A stretch of 64,000 nt of DNA from the NCBI RefSeq assembly GCF_021028975.2, contig NC_059438.1, forward strand, positions 8,804,001 through 8,868,000, written 5' to 3'. A model generated the notes under the pieces. That model was not told where the DNA came from. It worked only from the letters and a program-made list of their open reading frames with translations, and searched no databases. Each line of letters opens with the position of its first letter. The stretch's first letter is position 1. Shown here piece by piece: positions 1-11,400 of the stretch. The stretch comes from Sphaerodactylus townsendi. Taxonomy: Eukaryota. The translations under genes and the position numbers were made by a program.

Positions 1-743
1 AATTAAGTACACAGAGTCTAAATAAGGAGCCAGCTTATGAGCAATGTAAAATGAAGGTGCTCTTAACAATTTGCTTAACCTCTACCACACCCTTTGTTCA
101 GCCATGGATCTATTTTTCTGTATCTATTGGATGCTTCGATGGCTTTGGACCGGCTCTCTCAGGGGACCAAATTATTCATTTTGAAAGAATCCTCTCGGCT
201 TCCCCTGAATTTCCGCTTTGGCTCTGGCACTCGGGACTGGCTCCTCAGCAATTACGCTGTCCTGCAGCTGCCCAGGTGGCAAAGGTGTTTCCTTTCTGCC
301 TTGTCAAAGTCAGCAGAAAAATAGGGCAGAGAAGCCGGGTTTTGTGCAGCAAAACAAGCAGGAGCAGGAGCTTCCCCAGGCTATACGTTGCCCAGGCAGC
401 CGAGTGCAGCGCGCAAAGCTTCGCCAGTCTCTCTGACCCGCTGGCCTGTCTTGGCTTTCATAATATTATCTGACAGGCTTTGGCTTCCAGGATGCTCCTT
501 GTCTGTAGTCAGGAAGGGGAGCAGTGGGTCAGGCAGCCTCTCCGCCAGCCAGTCTCAGTGGAAATGCTGGAAACTTTTGAACAAGCACAGAGCAACGTCG
601 TGCTGAGTCTAGTCAAAGAAGGCTGGCAGGGGGGCGGGGGGGGGGGTCTTGTACATCAAGTCTGCGGTCTGCCTGTCATTGGGGAAATGACACAAGAGAG
701 CACTGCCATCCTGCCTTCTGGTCAGGAATGCCTGCTCCACTTT

Positions 744-1035
744 GAAGAAGGGTTTGGATTTATACCCCACTTTTTTTCGACCATAAGGCGTCTCAAAGTG
801 GCTTACAAACTCCTTCTCTTCCCTCCCCAACAACAGACACTTTGTGAGGTAGGCTGAGAGAGATCTGAGAGAACTGTGACTAGCCCAAGGTCACCCAGCA
901 GGCTTCATGTGTAGGAGTGCGGAAACAAACCTGGTTCACCAGATAAGACTCCGCCGCTCATGTGGAGGAATGGGGAATCAAACCCAGTTCTCCAGATGGG
1001 AGTGCACTGGTCTTAACTACTGCATCACACTGGTA
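744..1035 (-). mobile_element. Squam3-like tRNA-derived SINE
   Basis: tRNA-like head, CORE-like GGGTGACCTTGGGCTAGTCACAG, (CTT)n tail. Confidence 0.85.
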
Positions 1036-3200
1036 GCAGAGGAACTTTTTTTTTTTGCTAAGGGTCAAGTCAGATGTGACCAAGAGCTTGAACAGGCAAA
1101 CATAGAAAGCTGCCTTATCCCAAGTCACACCCTTGTGTGTCAGCCTTGATTGGCAGAGACTCTCCAGGGTCCTTCCCACCAAATGTGTTGCAAGATGTGG
1201 ATTATGAGACTGCTAGGGGTGATCTTGGGCCAGTCACAGTTCTCCCGGAACTCCCTCAGCCCACGCAGGGACAGGCAATGGCAAACTACCTCTGAACATC
1301 TCTTGCCTTGGAAACACTAAGGGGTTGCCTTAAGTCAGTTGTGACTTGACAGCACACACAGAGAGCACCACTGATGCCAGTTGAAAATGGGCAATGCTCT
1401 TTTTGGTCATGCACAGCTATTACCGAAACGGTTGCTTATAAGTCCATTGGCTCAAATTGAGAGATAGAAAACCAAGAGAATGCCATTCTATGTGAATCGG
1501 GATGCAAGACAAAAAGGAAAGGGAAGCATGAAGAGAAAAGGCAGAGCTTTCGAAGGCAGAGCTGCACAAGACTGAAGACCCTTCATCCGAGATGGAATGG
1601 GGACTGGGCTCCTATAGCTCCAGTCCCACTCAGACAGGGGGATATCCACTTCGCTGAGGAACCCAGCTTTGACATGTGGGTTAGACTGTGGAGAAAGGGA
1701 GGAATAGAAATGCCAGAGATAGCTCCTGTTCCTTTTGATTCCCTTTGCAGTCTCTTGGCTTGGATCCGTGACCCTGGGAAATGATACAGTTACTGGCAGG
1801 ATAAATTAACAGAGGGGTACATTGTCCTCTCAGTGCAAACCTGGGCCATAGAGATTAACAAGCAGGTGTGCATGGCAAAACAGGTGTTTGCGCCTTAAAT
1901 GGCAGGTGTCTTTAACATGGCTCTAGTGTCAGACTCCAGGCTCAAAGGCTATAAAACTGATTGCAACAGTCCAAAGTCCTCTCAGTGCTAAATTCGAGGT
2001 GTTTGTTCAAATGTTTAAGAGTTTTAACGTGTCATTTAGAGCAAGGCTTTGCAGGTCAGATCTTGCTCCTCTGCCAGTCCTATCCGAATAAAAAAGGCAA
2101 AACGTTTGACTGTTCAGCCATAAAGACAAGGGCTAATAGCATTCAAGTTCTAATACAGAGTTTTCCCCTTGGCACCATTATCATCTCTGTTTTGGGAGAG
2201 GGGTAAGCAGCGCACATGGAATAAGATAATGTATACATTTGTATGCAACATTGCAGGCAGATGTTTGTGCTCTGTGAGTAGGAAGCCATTCCTGCCTAAG
2301 CATGCCAATTTCTATATGGTGCTGATCACACACCAAGCCAATAACAAAAACACTGTGCGGGGAACAAAAAAAATGCCTCCACAATGTATAGAATTGGGCA
2401 AGCTCTGTGGCAAAATGACTACCACTCTTCCCCAGTTTGTAAATGCAGATTCAGTGTACGTTACTGAGACAACCTCCTACACCCCTGCGGAATGTTTCAG
2501 AATAACCTTCATCTACTCCCCGCGGAATCATTTCGTTCTAACTTTTAACTGCTGCATTTTAATCCTGTCCTCTTTTTCTGGGCAGCTTCGTCTGGCCCAC
2601 ATTCCTTGAGCTTTTCTGGAAGATTATTGCAGGAGACTAGAGCGAGTCCCGATCTTTTATATTAACTGCTTTCCCCCTTGTCTACTAAAGCAATTACTGT
2701 ATCAAAGGAGGAAACGGGGATGGTCTAGCACAATTAGTACCTAATAAAAGAACACAGGCGGCTTTTAATCACTTTATTTCCCTCTCGGCACTTAACAATT
2801 AATTTGTTTGACTATTTGCTCCGAAGTCAAGATAGCAATTTGCTTGGCCGACCTTTGAGGCTTTTTGAAGGCCAGATGCTTTCATCTGCTCTTCTGGAAC
2901 CACAAGAGTTCTGGGCGGCCCAGGCAAACCTCAAACCCCAGAATCACCAAAGGCACCGCACCACGCAGCTGATTACTCCAAGCCACCACCTAAGCAAACT
3001 GCTACCACAGCTCCACAATTGTTCAGGGCAGTGGCTGGCAATTGGCTGTAGGAACAGGGAGGGCTCTGAGACTCAGGTTGTGAGATCAGCTATAGGGTGA
3101 GGATAGGGCCCTAGAATTGCCATGGATTCAGCAGAATAGTGGCTGGTCGGCTGGCTGCATGTGGTTAGGGGTCCATCAACACAGCCCAGGATGATGATGA

Positions 3201-3505
3201 TGAGGAGGAGGAGGAGTTTGGATTTAGATCTCCCCTTTCTCTCCTGTAAGGAGACTCAAAGGGGCTTACAATCTCCTTCCCTTCCCCTCCCCCACAACAA
3301 ACACCCTGTGAGGTAGGTGGGGCTGAGAGGGCTCCAAAGAACTGTGACTAGCCCAAGGTCACCCAGCTGGCGTGTGTTGGAGTGCACAAACTAATCTGGT
3401 TCACCAGATAAACCTCCACAGCTCAAGTGGCAGAGCGGGGAATCAAACCTGGTTCTCCAGATTAGAGTGCACCTGCTTTTAACCACTATACCACGCTGGC
3501 TCTCT
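3201..3505 (-). mobile_element. Squam3-like SINE
   Basis: Matches the other copies in the window. Confidence 0.85.
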
Positions 3506-5046
3506 AGCCACTCCAGATGCTCTGTGGCTAAAACTGCCCCTGCGCCTAAGAATCTGAATACCAATGGATTTTAGCTGGGTAAATGTCATCAAGCCCCCAG
3601 TGCCTGTGAGTGGGGAAAGGTGTGGAACACTACTGCTGTCTTACATTGCAGGCAGAATGCAGTTCCAGAAGGGACCTGGCAGGACAAGGTGCAGAGTTTG
3701 GCCCAGGCCTTATGCCATCAGTGTCTATGCAGAGAAGAGGGATTCCTGCCATCTATGTCTCAGAGACACTCTGCATTAAAGCAGGCATGATTTTCCCATG
3801 ATGCCACCACCATGAGCTGCAGCAGGCTGCAAGGTGAGGCCGATGCCAAGCCGTGAGACCTACAAGGGGCAATGGAAGACACTGGAGTAAATATTTCAAA
3901 CCTGCACTAGGTATTGTCTTCTGCTTTACTTAATCCTTAATTCACCTTGCCATGAATCTTGGTTTGTACTTGAACTACAGTTACAGAAAGGTGGTTTTTC
4001 AAAAATAGGCAATTTAGTTCTGGGTGAACTGGATGGGTTTGGCTGTTTAATTTCTAATAGAGATTGTACAGGCCTGTTCCAGATATGACTCTGACTTAAT
4101 ACAGAATATAAAAGCATTTGCTTGTGTAGGTAGGCCAAGGTACTGTGGGGAGTGGAGGAATGAAACAGGGGGTGCTTCTGGATTGTACCAGCACAGAAAA
4201 TGGCCGGCCTTTAGTTACACCGTGCTGAGTTCGTTGGTACTTTGCAAGAGAGATTCAAGAGCTTTGTAAAAAGGAGTCTTGGCTTTCTTGCATGACACGC
4301 CCGGGCAGAGAACTCTGATGTTGCCGCTTGAAAACCCTTTACTGGGTTGCCGTAAATTGGCCGTCACTTGATAGAACTTGATACACACACAAACTATTAT
4401 TTGCCCTCTTCACCAAAAGGCCCTAACCTTCCACTAACCCATCACGGAGGTATCCTGGAACTGTAGCATATACTTGTTATGAGACCAGAGAGACTCGTAC
4501 GCTTGTGAAATGGCAACCTAACCGGACATGACCTTTCTGTTCTACACACGGTTTGTAATGAAGAAATACCGCGCTGGACTCCCCGCTGCTTTGGACTATG
4601 TGCCTACAGGGTATATGTTTTAATAATCTTGAATATAAGCGGCTCCTTGCGTACAGTGAGAACAGCACAGCTGGGGAAAACGTGTAGTTTAACTAGATCA
4701 GTGCCTGTCCTAGAGAAAGTTCTCTCGCATCTTGCCACACAAAATGTTCCTGCCCTGCTGCAGAAGGAAAACTTGGTCAGTGGACTGCTTTAAAACCCTG
4801 TTCCATGAAACCTCAGTGTATGGTAAGTAACATTTCAACCCACTCCCCTTCCGCCATGTGCCTAACTTTGAAACCAGAAATGCTACTCCAACCCCCTCAG
4901 CCAGACACAGAAACTGAGTACATCGACAACATTTTCTCTGTTTTAATCCCTCCATAAATACCATCAGTTATCCTCAAAATACCTCAGTTATCCTTTAAGG
5001 TACAACAGTTTTATTATATCTTCGTAACACAGATGTGGGATTGGGG

Positions 5047-5351
5047 CAGTGGTGGGATTCAGCAGGTTTGCCCCACTTCGGTAGAACCAGTTGCTACAAT
5101 GGTGCTTGTAAACAACCAGTTGTTAAATTTATTGTCGAAGGCTTTCATGGCCGGAATCACTAGGGTGCTGTGTGGTTTCCGGGCTGTATGGCCGTGCTCT
5201 AGCAGCATTCTCTCCTGACGTTTCAGATCCTCTGAAGATGCCAGCCGCAGATGCAGGCGAAACATCAGGAGAGAATGCTGCTAGAACACGGCCATACAGC
5301 CCGGAAACCACACAGCACCCCAGTTGTTAAATTATTTGAATCCCACCACTG
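5047..5351. mobile_element. hAT MITE (CAGTGGTGGGATTC TIR) with a nested Penelope-like fold-back insertion (~5131-5320)
   Basis: 8-bp TSD GATTGGGG; inner insert has ~60-bp inverted arms and is flanked by a duplicated CAGTTGTTAAATT(T)ATT. Confidence 0.8.
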
Positions 5352-6000
5352 GATTGGGGGTTGAGGGAGCAGCCTGCTCATAGCCCAAGTGGTTGAGTTG
5401 AGGTTTGAACTGACGACCTTCTGGATCACAGCTTATTTTTCTAGCCACTCCTCTATTCCAGGTCCAATAAAGGGGCCCCCCTCCCTGAATTTCTGCACAT
5501 AAAAATAAATTAAAATGACCTATTTCTGGTTTCAGCTGCTCACTAAAAAGCCAGACTCCACTGGAATCTCTTCTAGCATTTGTGGAAAATTCACTGGCTT
5601 GGCTTTCGAGGACCCGGTCCAAGCAATTCCATCCCTCTCCCTCCCCCCAGCAGGTATTCTCATTTTATTTTGGCTTCTCCCGAAGTCACAGCAAAAGTTA
5701 GGTATCCCCCCCTCCCCCGTTCCTTGAAGGGGATTGTTGGGGCTCTGCCATGTGGTTGCGGAAAGCTCAAGCCAACTCTTAGACGTGGCGGCCTCTGGAG
5801 CAGCCCAACACGCTCTTGAATTGGCGAGGGAGGCCTGCCGCTCAGCCAAGGAGGCTGCTGCGAAGAGATGAAGGAGAATTTCAGAGATTTATACGCTTCT
5901 TCAGAACATTTTCCACAAGTGTGATCACAAGGCAGATGGACGGATCTTTGAGAGATAAAGGCAGTAAGTACATATATTAAAGATAAATAAATCATCATTA

Positions 6001-6285
6001 AGAAGAAGAGTTTGGATTTATACCCCATCTTTCTCTCCTGTAAGGAGGCTCAAGGTGGCCTGCAAGCTCCTTTCCCTTCCTCTTTCCACAACAGACACCT
6101 TGTGAGGTAGGTGGGGCTGAGAGAGTTCCAAAGAACTGTGACTAGCTCAAGGGCACCCAGCAGGAATGTAGGAATGCGGAAACACATCTGGTTCACCAGA
6201 CAAGCCTCTGCCACTCAGGTGGAAGAGTGGGGAATCAAACCCGGTTCTCCAGATTAGAATCCACCTGAACCACTACCCCACACTG
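6001..6285 (-). mobile_element. Squam3-like SINE
   Basis: Matches the other copies in the window. Confidence 0.85.
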
Positions 6286-7693
6286 TAGAACCAGCCCCAA
6301 AAGTGTCTGGCTGTCCTCAACCAGGGCCAGAGCTTTTTCATCTCTACCAGCTCCCTCAGGGCTCTGTAACAGGGAGCTATTCTTCCAGACACATGGTTGA
6401 GGGCGGCCGTGGTATTTTCAACAGAGCTGGCTTCCCCATCTTTTTCCCTATCCTCTTCCCTGCACCTTCATTTCTCTTTCCCTTCCTTCCCTTCATCTCC
6501 CCATCTGCCTCATTTAGTTGGTTTTAGCACCATTGGGGTGGCATGCCAATGATGTGTTCTAATCTATGTAGTGTAATCTGCCCTGAATCCGCCCTGGAGA
6601 AGGGCGGACTATACATTAAATTTTTTAATTAAAACACTGTTTTTATGCAACAATCTGACATCAAGAGAAGTGGAAGCCTGCTGGAAATTGGTGAGGAGAA
6701 GGTAGGCGAACAATATTGCCATGGGATCCTAGTGACTTAATGGTGTCTGAACCAAAGTCCCATCAGATGTTCTTGGGGCGCAGGGTGGTACGTGCCAGAG
6801 AAAGCGGCCCTGCAACAATACTGAATGTGGATGAATAGGGGCTGTAGAAGAGGTCTGAAGGCCGAGAGGAAGCAAAGCAAAGGCAGGCAAACCAAAATGG
6901 ACTCTCGACACACAGGGGGACTTGCTCTGAACAGTCTTCAAGGGTTACTCACACAAAACTGACCACAGTGAAAGACTGAAAAGCAGACCAGACCTCTAAT
7001 TGTGGAACATGGAACACGGCTTGTTTACAAGATGTGAGTGGTCAAGAGCATTGCAGGCCGCAGCAAGGAACAAAACTCGATCCAAGACAACGCCTATAAG
7101 CCTAAGACACCCATACGGAACGGGTGACACCTCCTCCTCCTGAAATGATCCACCCACTCACCATCGCCAGCTTCACAGGATCCGTAACTGGATTTGGAGC
7201 CAATGGGAGTAAGAGAGCATTTACTGGCAGCAACGTGTGCCTCACTGATGCGTGATCTCAGCCAGAGTCTTCATGCTGACATTCCCATCATCTCCAGGGC
7301 TTTGCGGAAGAGTCACCCAATACTTAGTAGGAACGGCCCCTGAATGTAAACTTGCCAAAGGGACCCTCCAATCCTCAACTTCCAACCCGGAAGAAGTAGA
7401 CAACCTACACCACTTCTGTACCATTTAATGTGGTCTTCCTCCACTACTCTCTTGTCCCCTTTGGGTTGCTGCTCTTTCTAAAGCAGACACAAGTTAATAA
7501 ACCCAGGAGATGAGTGCAAGCCGTGAATCAATTCAGAGACAGTCTGAGATGTTTCAGAGCCAGCAAGCTACCCTCACAAGGATGATGAAATGATAACAAA
7601 CAATAACCCATTTTCTTGGCTTGGGCAGGGCTGATTTAGAGCCGTCAATGATGGAAGGATGACCAGAACACGTACAAACACAGGATTGAACGC

Positions 7694-7699
7694 TTTATT
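7694..7699 (-). terminator. Probable CFDP1 polyadenylation signal AATAAA
   Basis: First minus-strand AATAAA I found downstream of the stop, ~620 nt away. Confidence 0.6.
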
Positions 7700-8320
7700 C
7701 AGAAGGACCCAGCAGGCTCCGGCCTTGCTCTCTTGCACGCTGCCTGCCCTGTTTCTCTGCAAGAGGCCGTAGAGCACGAAGGAAAGTCAGTTACCTGGAG
7801 GACTCGTCACAAAAAGGAAAACAATCCTGGAAAAGGTTGTTACAAAAACACGGAGATTCCACGGCGTGAAAAGAGCAAGCCTCTCCGGGAAGCAGGTTGG
7901 CAGGTAGCTCCTCCCGCAACTGCGCAGCTACCGAGCATCCTGGAGCAGACAGCGTCCCATTTGCACGAGGAAGCCATGCAAACCTTCAACCGTTGGACCC
8001 TGTTGGCCCCCATGCCCCATGGAACCCGCAGCCATCAGCAGACCAGGCGTCAATTTCATGGCACAAAACCTGCCTCTTCGCTCCTGGCAGGTAAAGTCCT
8101 GGAAAAATACCCACTGCAGCTCTCTTCTGGGCAAGCGCCCTGTGAGGAGTACCCAGCAGCAACTGGACTGACGCCGGAGGCACAAGGCAGCACCCCAGCA
8201 GTTAAAAACAACAAAAAAATCTGCCAGAGTGTCCTCAGTTCACCTACTTACTAGTGTGGTGGAAAAAGAAAACCTATACAGGTTGTCGAGTGACTTTCTT
8301 CCGGGAGACCCACAGCGGCC

Positions 8321-8411
8321 TCAGGGTTTCATACTGCTCAACCGGATGTCGCGCTCGATCTCAAATTGCCTGTGGTCCACCCTCTCCAGAAATGCTTTCC
8401 TCTCCAGGTAT
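8321..8411 (-). CDS. CFDP1: CFDP1 exon 7 (terminal coding part)
   Basis: [29 protein letters not shown] with TGA at 8323-8321. Confidence 0.96.
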
Positions 8412-11400
8412 CTGTCAGGCAGGAGAATAAAAAGTCAACTCGGGAGCCTAACGAAGGCGCAGGGAGAGAACCAGACGACGACAGCCACTGGGTGAAGTTC
8501 AGGAGGGCACAGCACTGCCATTCATTTCGTCTACAAGCAGGCTTCTGCACAGGGCAAACAGACGAGCCCAAGCACACGACACCTGTGCGGAGCTATGGAA
8601 CGTTTGTCTGTGGGGCGGGGGGAGGGGGGGGATGAACCTTTGCCTTTTCCACTTGTCTACATGACTCTTTGCCTGCCCACCCACAAATACTTCCTGGGCA
8701 TCAACTTTGGGGATGGAGAAAAGACAAATCAAGAGAAGCCAAGCACCTTATATAAAAAAAAAGTAACCCAGATTGCCTGGCTAATTGCATGCTATAAATA
8801 ATTTTCAATAATGACATTAAAGCAAATGTTAATGAACATTAAAGTGCATTTGGAAAGGATGGGGGGGGGGGATTCTGGCAGAAACCTATTGGATACTTGC
8901 AGGAATGCAAGACCTCTGACTACCTCCCCTCTTGTTCCTACAGTCTCTTATGAGACTTGCTCCAAGTGACAGATACGTCGATCAAAACCTAAAGCGGCAT
9001 TTCCTATGGGGCCTGCCCTACATAACCCCATAATGCACTGGAACCCAAGAGACCATCACAGGCTTGTTCTTTTCTTATTCCAAGGCCAGGAGAATGAGAT
9101 ACCATTGTGGTTTCCCAAGTCTGAGGTAGTCAAAATGTGTACACGTGTGCTATTGGATACAGGGATCATGCTGCTAGACCGAGGGGACCGTGAGGGCATG
9201 AGCATCATTTGAAGCACTGAAAGGAGCTTTGAGGTTCATACAGTATTCTGCAATTTTAACTTTCCAGTAGGCAATGGTAGTCAGCTATAGGGCTTTGATT
9301 ACCTTTCAATGGCACAGGAAGAAGAGTTTGGATTTATATCCCCTCTTTCTCTCCTGTAAGGAGACTCAAAGGGGCTTACAAACTCCTTTCCCTTCTCCCC
9401 TCCCCACAACAAACACCCTGTGAGGTGGGTGGGGCTGAGAGAGCTTCGAAGAACTGTGACTAGCCCAAGGTCACCCAACTGGTGTGTGTTGGAGTGCACA
9501 AGCTAATCTGGTTCCCCAGATAAGCCTCCACACCTCAAGTGGCAGAGCAGGGAATCAAACCCGGTTCTCCAGGTTAGAGTGCACCTGCTGTTAACCACTG
9601 CACCACGCTGGCTCTCAAACCATGTCAGACGCTTGGTTTTTCAAGGTCAGCTTTGCCTGCTGCATCTGGCAGTGGCTTTCCGGGATCCCAGAAAGACGTC
9701 CCTCATATCCCCTGCTAGCGGACCCATTTCAGAAGGAAATGAACCTGGGGCTTCTCTCATAGAAAGCAGATCTCCAGCTACAGAGACACCCACCCCCCCC
9801 GGTTGGGAAAGGCTCCCCCCTCTCACCCTTCTTTTCCTCGGTTGTGGGTGGCCAATTCCTCCCCAATCCCCTCCTGCTGTTTGAAGTGTTCCCAGTCCAG
9901 CTTGGACTTTTCCAGCGTGCTCAACTTCTGCTTCTTGGTGCCCAGCTTTCCCAGCAGGCTGTTGATGCCGCTTGGCCGCTTCACTCTGGCAGAAACAGAC
10001 AGAAAGGGAACATAAAAAGGTGGGTCCAAGGAAGCCCTGGCAGAAGGCGGCAGACAGGCTCTGTAGCGACATGACCCCTCAACACCCCAGATACCCGAAA
10101 GCTAAAAAAGCTTGATGTGCCTCCTGTCGACATCCAAAGGTTAACCTAACACTGCCTCCAACAGCAAGCAAAAAGCTGTAGATCAATGTTTTCCATGAAG
10201 TCACCAGACTAGGAAGGGGCTAATTTATACGTTAAGGGCCAGCAGCCAACAGAACAAAAGAGATTTTTTTCCCCTCTGGCCTCAGTGCCTGTGAGCAAAA
10301 ATGCTGAAAAGACTCTCAATTTCAACAAGCAGAAGTGGAGGGAGAGGTCGGTTGGTGCTTACAGGGGAAACACTCAGTTCTTTCCAAAGGGAAACCCAGT
10401 TTCAGAATGGAGGACTAACATGATCAGGAAGGGCTGGGAAAGAGAGTGGCCAAGATATCGCTCAGATGGACAGGAAATGGCTTCATGGAAAGGTCCAGAG
10501 GGAAGAACAACAAAAGCATGAAACAAAAATCTGCTGTTTAAAGATTCTTCTCTCCCTTGACTTACTAGCAGACAGAGATAAGTTATAGGCTCAAGGAGAA
10601 AAGACTGCATTTCCCTGTCATTTCACTTCCCTTGGTCCATGCGTGCCTGTGTGGGTGCGCAACTGCACCAGTGATTTTACAAACTGCTGCAAACCAGTCA
10701 GGGAAGACTGGGAAAAGCTGCCGAAAACTTGTCGTCTTCAGCCTGTACTTTTATTTGCATTCCTGGGATAACTTCCTTGCCGGGAACCCAGGGCCATTCT
10801 AAACAGCCTGGGAGGAAATGACTTGCATTCTAATGCAGCTGGGTGGGAGGGGGGCAAATTTTTGGCCAGTGCATACGCACTAGCCAGGAGACTTTGCTTT
10901 AAAATGATGAGTCACTCTGAGATTTTCCTGTTTTCGTGTTTTTAACATTCCATCCGAATTCAGGTGTGCGTCCCTTGCTCTCTGGGGCCAATCTTGCATC
11001 TCATCTGGTACTGCCAAAGGGTGGGAAAGGATCAGCTGCAATCTCTCCAACGAGCCACTAAAATTAATTGAAAGACTGTTCTAAAGGCAGAGGAGGGACA
11101 TTGCAAAGAACACGCAATCCAGTCCTGTGCTCAGGGGTGGCTCAGGGTAGAGGTTGCTGCCATGGAAAAATACTGATAGGACATCTGGAAGTGAGGAAGC
11201 TAAGAGGAGGGGAGGCTGTCATTCAGCAGAGAGAACATGCTTCATGTGGCCAAGCACCTTAAAAAAACCTCCTCTGGGCACATGCCTGTTAAAAGGGGCA
11301 GCTGCCCCAGATTTAAAGAAATTGATCAATGCATGCAATCAGCAGCAGTGGCAGAGCGGCTAAGAGTAGGTGCACTCTAATCTAGAGAACTAGGTTTGAT

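Noticed and set aside
51-857. ORFs at the window start, possible BCAR1 exon
   Set aside because: No BCAR1-like peptide in any frame I checked; the ORFs read into a SINE
7733-8254. 173-aa plus-strand ORF
   Set aside because: Antisense to the CFDP1 3' UTR, no homology signal
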